The translations under genes were made by a program, and so were the position numbers. From Rhina ancylostomus (taxonomy: Eukaryota): 64,000 bases of DNA. Positions 14,401 through 25,500 of this stretch are shown here, one piece after another. The notes beneath the pieces were generated by a model. The model ran no database searches. It was not told the origin of the DNA and saw nothing but the letters and a program-made list of their open reading frames with translations. The stretch spans positions 44,265,924-44,329,923 of the forward strand of contig JARFYF010000022.1 in the NCBI GenBank assembly GCA_030265395.1, given 5' to 3'. How positions within the stretch are numbered: position 1 is the first letter of the stretch; each line of letters begins with the position of its first letter.

Positions 14401-17400
14401 TGAAGTCTGTGGGTCCAAAGTTTGCACTTAGTAGACCCGAACACATGGTAGGTATTGAACAGAATTTTGTTTAGTTCAGTAAATTCCAGAGAATCCAAGT
14501 GTAAATTGAGGGTTACTGACAGCTTCCATTAAACTTCATCAAGAGTGCTTTATATTAATCAATATTCAATATGGCTTCATAGGGAACATCATTGTCTATC
14601 TCCAACATTAAGATCAAGAATTCTTTCACCTCACCGTTAGACATTATGATTTGTTCATCACCCCAATCCCCTGAAGGTGAAATCAGGATGCAGGCTGATG
14701 TTTCCTCTGGTGTTGAGGGATAAACTATTAAATTGATGAACTGATCTCTGTAGAATCAGAATCCTGAAAAGAATAAATAGTGAATTAAATTTGGACCCCT
14801 CTTTCTAAACACAGGTACAAGAAGAACATAAAAGCTCTCTACATTGTCCACCCCACCAGGTTCATCACGGCACTCCTTGTTGTCTTCAAACCCATAATCA
14901 GGTCAGTTCAAGTCTGGTGATGTTTGCGTTGGGTGAAAAAATGCAAAATTATTAATTTTTTGCTTCTTACCACTGGTCTTTGTTGTCAGAGCATTTAGAA
15001 AGGGGAAAACAGTTGTGTTCCTAGGGCAAGAAAGTAAATATCTTGATTGGATGACTGCATTTCCTTTCATGGTAGCATAGCCTTCTGTCAAACATGGGTA
15101 TACATACGAATCCTACCTCTCTATTTAGGTTCTTTTACCATCTCTTCCAAATTCCTTTTTCCTATCCGTTCACTGCTTTTGTGCAGTAGCACCTTGGGTG
15201 CTGCCTCCCTCCCTTTTGTGCCCATTCAGTCAGGCGTGCACATATTCTCCCTTTTCCTCTCATACACCTTTGTGCATTCATATCCTCTGCTCCCCTATGC
15301 TCACTTGTGTGCAGATGCATGAGTATACACTTGATGACACTGCACAGTCAAGCATTCTGTCTGAACTCTTGTGAACGTGTGCTCGTGTGGACTCTCAGTG
15401 GCGCACATTGTCCAGACTCTCGAGAACACAAAATAGGAGAAGAAGTAGGCCACTCAGCCCCTCAAGCCTGACCCATCATTCAATATGATCATGGCCAATC
15501 TATGCTGGCCTCAACTCCTCTTCTGTGCTGATTCCTCATAACCCTTAATTCCTCGACCTTTCAAATATTTATCCACCTCCACCTTAAATATAGCTAACGA
15601 TCGGGCTTCCTCCACCCATGGGACAGAGAATGCCGGAGATTCACTGCCATCTGAGGGATGTTTCTGCACACCTCAGTTTTATGTAACTGGCCCATTATTT
15701 TGTAGTCATATTCCCTTGTTCATGACTCTCCCACTAGTGGAAACATCTCAACATCTACCCCATCAAGCCCTGTTAGGATCTTGTATGTTTGAGTAAGATC
15801 ACCCCTCATTCTACTAAACTCCTTGGAGTACAAAACCAAACTCTAATCTCTGTGTAGACTACAATGAAGAAAGGCCACTGCATGGTTGCAAAGGTTGCTG
15901 ATTGAATTTCCTGAGCAGCAGCATTGGGAGCCACTTTATGTGGGGCATTTAGCCCTTTAGATAGATTTAATTCTGTTTTATCTCCATCATCATTTTGCAA
16001 GTGAGTCAGAATCTGGAGTGATATAATGGACTTGTGAGTGGAGAGATCTGGCAAACAATGCAGCAATCTCACTTGTGCCTCTTCTGTTTCCACTTTATTT
16101 TTTTTTCTCTCCACTTCGGCTCCTGTTCCAGCATGAAGTTTGGCAGGAAAATCTTGTACATGAATCATTTGGGCGAACTTGAACATTACTTGAAATGTGA
16201 TCGAATGGTGATCCCAGCATGCGTGAAGAAGTAAGTCCAGGAAGATCATCCACCTGATGAGAATACTCTGTTTATTTCCACATTGCTAAAGCTGGTCCAG
16301 GGTCATTTTGGTGGAGGTATTACGATCATATTGTCTTTTAGGAGAGAGCCTAATTTTTCTGTTGTTTTTGAGTATTTATTAAGCATTTCATTCCATGCTT
16401 CGGAAGAGAGTCTGTCGTATAAATGTAATGGCCCAGGTTTTGCAGACTATTATCACCATTTACCCTTGTAACTGCTGAGTTTCCCCGCTGACCAATAATG
16501 GGATTTTTGCACAAATGTGGAGTCCCAACGTTGCAGTCAGGAATTTGCTTTACCGCACCCCCACCACCCCACCCCGGCTGTGCTCCAATATCGGACTCCT
16601 TTTTTTGAGCACAAAGCTGTAGGTATTCCCTACTGCTTCAGATGGGAGAATCTACCCGAGCAGCTTGTGTTAGACTTGAAGTGGGAGGTCCACCCCATTC
16701 ATTTCAAGAGAAAACTACAATAAAGAACTGAGGCTTTTGTTCTGGAAAATAAACCAGAGAATTTTAAATCATGTTAAGAAAAAAAATTTTTTTTCACAAA
16801 ATATACACAGAGGTTGTGTCTTGGCTGTCCACTAAAGTTTCCACAAAGATTTTGTGGGCATGACTTGTTCTGACCCTACCCCAATGTTCAGTGCCTTGCT
16901 GATGTGGACAAGTCTGGCCTCTCCTGCCAAGTTCCCACCCACCGAACCAGGCAAAGGCAACCAGAGGTTTTTTCATGGGGCGCTGGTAACTGTGAGCAGC
17001 TCCTGTTGACTGCAAATCCTGAATCAGTATCTGGATAGCGATAATGGACAGGCAGATAGCCTTAACTCTGTCAAACCATCTGCAGGTTAGGGTTAGGGTA
17101 ATATTTATAAGTCCTTTCGTCAACAGTATTTATTTAATGGTTTTAAGGTAATGAGATTTCTCAAAGTTTGCTTCAATGGAACTTTGTAGCTCAGCGCTAA
17201 ATGTTAATGTTGGGGATGTTAAGACAGATCCGAAATTAAATTGAACATTATTTAAAGCAGAAAGTAGGGAATTGGAGATCTAGGAAGTGAATTCCAAGAT
17301 TTAAAGGATAGGACGAACATTTATGACGATGTAGTTTATATTGGGAATTAGAAGAATGTTTGATTCTTTGGAAGACTGTTGGGGGGAGAGTAAAGGAGAT

Positions 17401-20400
17401 TGGAGGGACAGAGGTGGAGACAACAGATGTTCAAAAACATTTAAATCTGAAGCATTGCTCAACTGGACCATGTTGTTCAGTAGGCACAGAACTATGGATG
17501 AATGGGGCTTAGTGTGACTTGGGACACTGGCAGTACAGTATGGATAATTTTGCAGTGTAGAATGAGGGACGTAAGCCAGGGACAGTCTGAAATAACCAAA
17601 CCTTGAGGCAGCAAAGCGAGGTTGAAAATTTCAGAGCACTTGAGCCGTTATATGATGTTGCAGAGGTGTAAATAGGTGGCTTTGGTGAAAGCACGATTTT
17701 GCAGTTTGAAGCCCACCTTGGAAGTGCTAATGGTCTAGTTCACTTTTAAACTGAGTCAAAGAAAGGACTAAGAATGCAATGGGGGAATAAAGGCAAGGGA
17801 AATTCTTCACAGCCAGTTCTTAATGTCTGACAAACAGTGTGACAGTTTGGAGGTGGTGATGTGGAGCTGCATGTTGTCTGCATGTTTGGAAACTGTTTCA
17901 GGGTGATGTTGCCTAGGGCTCATATGTAACTGACAAATGGGACACCAAGAAGTAAAGGTAAACATGGGGGAAGAGAAGCCATTGCTGCTTTAGGTGCGAC
18001 TGGTTGGGTAAGAGTGGAACCAGGCAAGTGTAGTCAGAGCCGGCTGGTTGGCAGTGGAGAAGGATTAGAGGCAGCAGTGTGTTTAATGGTCCCAAAGACT
18101 GCAGGAGGGAGAACATTTGTCACAATCAAATTGTATCTGATTCATTACTTTTTCTGTACTGTGGCAGTGGAGGAAAGCTGATTGGAGGGATTCAAACAAG
18201 GATTTTTGGGGAGGATGCATATGAATTCAAGGTCCTACAACATACTCAAGGTTGTTGGAAGAGGGAAGGGTTAGTGATAAGGCCATAGTTGGCAAAGATC
18301 GTGGTCAAGTGTCTTTCTTAAGGATGGGATTAATAGGGATTATGGTAGAATGAGTTGGGATGGGGAGAGTGCAACTCATGGACTAAGTGAGCTTGGAGAA
18401 GGCACAAGTGGAGATAAATATCTCCCATTCTGATTGGCCTCTTTCCCTGACTGCCAATCCAGCATCCCCACTCCATGCTGAATTACACCACGCTGCTGCA
18501 TGTTGGAATTTGGAAATGCCTGTAGTTTTTTTTCTCCCCCTTTCTGTCTCCCATATTTCCAAGCTCAGCCCATTTTCTAACCTGCACAGGTTGATTGGTG
18601 ACCTGCTTTACAATTCCAACCTTCCTTTCTAACTGAGAAACAAAGGACTGCAGATGTTGGAATCTAGGTGAAAAGCAGGACCCGAAGAAACGTTGACCAC
18701 CTACTTTTCTCCACGGATGCTGCTTGGCCTGCTGAGTTCCTCCAGCATCATTGTGTTTTTCACTGCTTTCTAACCAGCTCGTGGGAATTATGCAAGAATG
18801 CCCTGTCTGTTTGCTGGCTGGTTGTGTCTTCTATTTTTGGCCTTACCATTTTTGTTTAATCATTTGGTGTACAATAGGGCTTGTGTGCAAATAGGTTGTC
18901 TTGTTTGGCCATAGGTTAAAAGGGATCCGAGGCCTTGTTTGAATTAATACTGAGATTTCATTTTTTCCATAGCTCTGTCTGGTAATCACATTGACCTTAC
19001 CCACTTCCATGTTGGATCATTATTTTTTAGGTTTGATGAGACTATCCGTGCAGCACAGAAACCTGTCCCACCAGTGCAAATAAAGCAACTGCCTCACCAA
19101 CAGTTTGGGATTGATCTTCCAACGTAAGTATTTACTGTACACTTTGTTTTTGTTGTTCTTTGCCTAATAGTGAGTAGTATTCTTTTAATCCCATCTAGTC
19201 TTCATTTGCTTACGGCAATGGTTCCTCTGAGTTCTAGTTCCATGAGCAACGGCATATCTCACTTAGGCTTCCATTTTTCACAGTTTAGTTCAGTGGGTCT
19301 TGGAATTGTGGTCGTAAGACCAATTCTGTTTTTGTTTGATGCCTATAATGTTCATGCTGTGTCTGCTACTGTTACTGGCTAAAGATTAGAATATTGATTC
19401 CACTTTCCTCTCCCTGTGCATTTTGGTATTTGCTTGCAGCCGGGGAGTGTTTGATCAAAGTTGCTGCATTTGTGTGGTGTGGATTTCCTGTTTAATGAAG
19501 GCATTTGATCCTCTGTGGACAAGCTTAGAGTGTTTCTGCTTGAGTATCAACTATTTGGTCCCCTTTTTCCTTGTAGGCATGTATTGTTTTCCCCATCTTT
19601 AATAATGGATCTTGCCTTTTGATTCAGGCTCAGAGCAAAAGATCCTGAAAAGAGGGCCATCCCACTGGTAATGGAGCAGACAGTCACTTACATCAAGGAG
19701 CATGGTAAGTGAAATGTACAGAAACCCAGAGGGAATCAACTGGACCTGACCCAAAAATCCTTTCTTCCCTTTCTCCCTATTAAATGTATTGATTTTTTAA
19801 TGGGACGCAGTGCCACAGACACTGAGAGACTACAGGAGGCATACAATGAGCTTTATTTATTTTCCCCCAACAATTTCTCACTAAAGTGAATGGAATTCTA
19901 ATAAACAACTCGTCTACACTTTTTATTGCGTAACTCAGGGTAAAGGTTTCTTGCTGGTATTGTTGCCTGGTGGAAAACCAGACCTGGAAGATTTAAAATG
20001 ATTGTTTTGTTTGCATATGATGAATATTATTTGCCTATCCTCAGGTCTAAACAAAGAAGGGATATTCCGCAGATCAGCTAACATGTGCTTGGTAAGGGAA
20101 GTGCTGGATAAATACAACAATGGTGAGTAAGTTACTGTACAAATAACATTGCCTTGATAACTACAAGGCAAAACTCTAAGTATCTGTTCACCCCCCACGA
20201 AAAGGTGACAAAACCTTTAGCCCCATTGATCTCTCTCCCCCTCCCCCTCCCCCTCCCCCTCTTTCCTTAACAGATGTTTGAATGTGACCTGGANNNNNNN
20301 NNNNNTGTTTTTTCCTGGAAAGAGATAGCTAAAACATAAAAAACCTAACCATGAGCATAATATTTGCTTTGGTGTCTCCCAGCCCTGCTGTTCTGTGCAG

Positions 20401-22503
20401 AGCATTACAGCACTGATGATCATCCTAACCCCTACACTTGGCAGGAGCACTGCAGATCAAAACCTCCAATTCGCGTGGCCGTATTGTGACCCTCAGCACC
20501 TTGAGGTTCTTGAACTGGTTTTTGCCCCCAGTTGTGCAAAGCGATAAGCAAGTTTAAATCACAGTTGTGAGTTGCACTGGATACTGCTCCCTGTTGATGA
20601 TGTGCTTGGATATCTTTCTGATAGCATCCATAAAGACACCACAGATTGTTGAGGAGGGCTTGGCAATTAATGTGCTTGGGTCTCTGTGCAGCTTCAGAGG
20701 CCTATTCTTTGTGCAGGGTCTTTATTATTCTCCAAGTTGAGTTGTTACTGGGATGCAGAAGAGCTGAGAGCTTTTTAGCACGAGAATGATTTTGTGTTGG
20801 CTGAGGCGTGCCTGATAAAATGAGCAGCAATGCTGGCTCACCAATCGTGCTTTACAAGGTTTCCAGATGAGAAAGGAGAGGTGGTTGCAATACTGGTTAA
20901 AGAAACAATTGCAGCGATTGGGAAAGGATGTTGTGCTAAAAAGACCTAAAGACAAAGCCACATTGGCAGAACTGTGGAACGAAAAAGGAGAAGTGACATT
21001 GCTGATTATCTGCTTTAGACCCAAGAGCAAAAGCACGAAGATTGAAGAACAAACATGTAGGCATTTTCTGTGGTGCAGAAGTCATATTAGTACAGTAGTA
21101 CTAGTGAACTTCAACCCCTCTAATGTATTGTATTCACTTAGCACTCAAGATGCCTTCCCGCTGGTGGAATAAATGCTAAAAGGGGTCATTATGTACATCG
21201 AGATGTATTACTGACGGCCCTGCTGTGCCGGGAACCTAGTTGAGGGCACAGCCCTTCCCTGGCGCTCTTGCAGCAATGAAACAGTTAAAGTGAGCTCATT
21301 GCCATAGGGCTTGGTGTGGAATGAGCCACCAAAGTAACATGCAAAGACTGCCTGCAAGGGCTAGTGTAGGGTGGGCTGGGGCGAGTGGTGTGGCCGTTCA
21401 CTGCTGAGATGTGGGGCTTAGGCTTGGGGGATTACTGGGGACAGGCACCAGTGTTGGCAGATCGTCCAGATCCCATGATCTCTCTCATCACCACCTGTTG
21501 GATATAATGGAAGCTGCAGTGTCTCTCTCTCTTTGTTTGGCTGCACAGCTCAGTTCAGTTCTCCATGATCTCTCCATGGCAATGAGCTTAACAGTGGTTG
21601 CTGGCTATTGAGCTCATTACTGTCGAGAAATCTCCACCAAACAGAATACAAGAAGGTACCTACCTGTGTCTGTTCAGACTCCAGAACCAAGAATGCTATC
21701 AGTGCTCTGAGTAAGTTGCCACTGAATTAACTGGGATAGAATCAGTGTCAAAAGTATGGAGGGAGCCAGATGGTATAGTGAGTCCAAGGCAGTTCTGGAC
21801 TGGAGAGTGAAGAGTGGGAAGCAGTAATAGGGAGCATTTAGGAGCAAGTAATTATAATTCAATTAGGTTTACTACAGTTATTGAAAGGATCAGTGTGAGA
21901 CCAGGAGTCATACAGCACGGAAACAGGCTGTTCAGCCCAACTGGCTGTTGGATCCGGTTATTTTCAAATCCACAGGTTCTTTCAGGAGTCCAGGAATGAG
22001 TTGAAAACAATTTGGTGCTTCGCAATGTTTTATTGGGAAAGTTTAAAACAAAGGAACAGTCATAGAGCACATGGCACCGGCTTTGATGAGCTGAGACAAA
22101 GGGAACAAAAGGAAGCTCAGTCCAGGGGAGAGGAAGAGCCAGAGAGAGATTAACAAAAGGACGACACCTTTAGCTAACAATAGTCCAATCAGGAAACCTA
22201 TTAGATACTTGTGGGCATACCAACCAATGAAAAAACCAGATATTCACCTGATGGACGAACCAATAAGCTAGTAAGCGGCCATTCCTTGTGCAGTCACTGG
22301 AGGTGTATTAAACACTATACGTGTTAAAAACTAAATCAAACAGTTGAATCCAACGTGGCCCATGACAACATAGATGTCCATCCAGGCTAGTCCCATTTGC
22401 CTGCATTTGCCCATATATTTCTAAACCTGTCGACTCTTTTGAAAGTTGTTATTGTACCTGCCTCAACCACTTCCTCTGGTAGCTCATACCATATATGGAT
22501 CAC

Positions 22504-22566
<63 letters not shown>

Positions 22567-25500
22567 AAAAAAAGTTGCCCTTCAAGTTCCTCTTAAAGAA
22601 TTAAGAATTTTTGCAATGAGAGTATGTTTCCTTGGAACATGTTGGATCATTTTAATTGGGTGTATAAAATTAAGCAGCTGAGGTCAGAAACTAGGGGAGG
22701 GGGAGGAAGAAGGCCATGGTTTTGAAGTAAGTAATAGGAAGATTAGAGGGGACATGAGAATTTTTTTCATCCAGAGAATGTTGTGGGAAGAGGGACAGTG
22801 GTCTGGAATTTGATGCCCAAAAGGGTTTTTGGATAAGGCAATGAGTTTGGGGCAGATTTAAAAAAAAATAAAAGCCCCAAATATGGGAAATCTGAAATGA
22901 AAACAAAATGCTGGAAACACTCAGCAGGAGTGAGTGTTTCCAGCTGCACCTACGGAGAAAGAAACAGGATTTCATTTCAGTTATTTTTTGACTGTGGGGT
23001 GGTTTTGTGAAATAGCTTTTAGTTCTTCCACTTCAGTTGAATAATTGCTCAGCAGCCAAAATCCGTGCAGTGCCTTAGCACATTACCAGGGATGAATATT
23101 AAGGGCAGGTTTCTTCTAATAATGGACAAATAACTCTGTACTCAAGCATTTAGTGGAAATTCTACCGCACTTGGACAACGTGGTCCCACCTTGTTGTCAA
23201 AGTGACAATAGCCCCAAGTTGTGCGGCAGGATAAAGGGAACATATTTTTGACTGGTGCACATAATGAACCTGCTAGTTTTAGTTAGTTTCTTAGCTGGAG
23301 AAGACAAAAGCATTGAAGTGAATTTCCTATTGGTCTCAAAATTGGAAACAGTGGAACTTCGTAGAGCTGTTTAAACAGTGGTGTCTTGTGTAGGTAGCTG
23401 ATCCTGGCCTTGATAACAAACCAGACAAGAAGAATTGAAAGGGGAGTTTTTGCATGTAACTCGTGATGCGAAACTGTGGGATGTTGAACAGACCTTATTC
23501 AAAAGAACATGAATTGCTCAGTACCTGGACTAACAGCATGTAATGGATTAGCTGGGAAGTAATTTCAGTGTGAAGGTGGAGTGGGCACGCACACAGTTCA
23601 GTCTTTAGAAACCAACAGTTTGGTTTTTTGTTATAAAACAAAAATGGAGTTTTATTTTCGAAAGTAGGAGGCTATTTCTTGATCATACATTCATCACTGT
23701 TGAACTGACTTTCCAAAGTGTGTGGCTACCTGCTTTTATTAGGAGCTTGATGTCAAAATTGTAGGTGTGACTTTGCCACCTATGTATTAGTGATATGCTG
23801 AGCATCTTTCACAGGAAGTAGGCTGAAACTGCCAGTGGCTTGCCAAAATTTTCAAGCTGATCTGTTTTCATCTTCTCATGATGGAAGAAACAGTTTGTCC
23901 CCTTTAAAGTAGCATCCAGTGTTATTGCATTATTAAATTCCAGACCCGTCCAAGTAGGATATTGCATTGTTACTTGCGGTAATACTGTAGCAGAATTTTA
24001 CATAAAAATTTTGACTCAGAAACAATTCGTTTGGGCTTGTTTTTGAATCCCCCACTTCAGCAGTACATCTGATCCCATGTGCCTGGTCCTGTTCTGTATC
24101 TTCCTGTCTTCATTCAACCACTTACGTCAGTGTGATCCTTTTCATTTGCTTGCTGATAGTGCAATAAACTTATTTGTACTCTTAACTCTGCATTACAAAT
24201 TCTGTGTCAACGTCCATGCCCTTCTAGTTGCTGTCTAAACGTTCATCACAAAACATTTTTATCAACCATCCCCTTACTTTCCCTTGCAGATTGTTTAAAA
24301 AAAGGACAGTTCTTTCTATGTCTTGCTTCGACTTGTTTCAGCAAGACCTGCGTGAATCTACACTTTATTCCTTAGTCATTGCAATTGAGCCCTTATCACA
24401 AAATGCAGGCGTGGTATGCAGGGTGAGAAGAGGAAGAAGGAACCGCACAAGGTTTTTGAAAATGTGCGCTACCTTTCTTTCTCTTGAAGAGCAGGAGAGG
24501 AAATAGTGCTAAATTGTATTGTCCACCCTTGGATAAGCTGTGAATGAAAGCGCAGAGCCACCTCAGACTGGTACAGAAGAACACGGGGCAGGAGAAGGCC
24601 AACCGGCCCGTCATCTACCCTGCTGTTCAATATGATCATAGCTGATCTGTAGTGGCTTCAACTCCACTTCTGTGCCAGTTCCCCAGAACACTCAAATTCT
24701 TCAGTCTTTTAAATATTTATCTATTTCCGCCTTAAACATATCTAATCATCTGGCCTCTAGCACCCTCGGGCAAAGAATTCCAGGGATTCACTACCCTCTG
24801 AGAGAATAAATTTCTACACACCTCAGTTTTAAATGATCAGTCCCTTATTTNNNNNNNNNNNNNNNNNNNNNNCTCCATTCACGACTCTCCCACTAGTGGA
24901 AGCTAGTAGCCTGTCAATAGATTCCATGCTGCTCCACGTGATAAGAATGGCTGAGTAAAGTGTCGCTGTGGTCTAGTCTGGAGATCTGTGCTATGGTCTT
25001 TGGAGATAATGTTGGGGGTGAGATTTGGACTTCCTCGTGACTATAGTTTGCTGACTGTTTTGATTGTCTGTTGTCGATCAGTCTTGGGTTTAATTCTTTC
25101 TAAAAAGATAAACCTTAACCCTGTTTACGAGCTCCATCATATCAATTTGAGGATCATCCAAATTGTGCCAAGTGAGATGGAAGTTCCAAATAAAATGGTG
25201 ACTGCCAGACAGATAATGAATTTGTGTATGAACTTTTCTGCTGAAGTTGCATGTAGGCAGCAGCAGAAAGTGGAACCACAAGTTGTGGGGAGGCAGTGGT
25301 GACCTCCACGTCATCCCATTCAACAAACAGAACTGATCAAAGCAGGCTGGTCACTCAGTTCCAGCTTTGAATGCAATATTCCATGACACTTACTTTGCTT
25401 TAATATGTTGTGTAACGTGAGGTTCTTACTGAGAACTACATCATTAGAAAATGCATTGTGAATTTTAATATTTGGGACAAGCTCGTGATGTGAAGTGTCA

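Larger units (their letters stand above)
21903..22590 (-). mobile_element. CR1 3' fragment split by a solo LTR and containing a (GT)n expansion
   Basis: Flanks 21903-21945 and 22356-22590 rejoin to match the CR1 copy starting at 63521. Confidence 0.75.
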
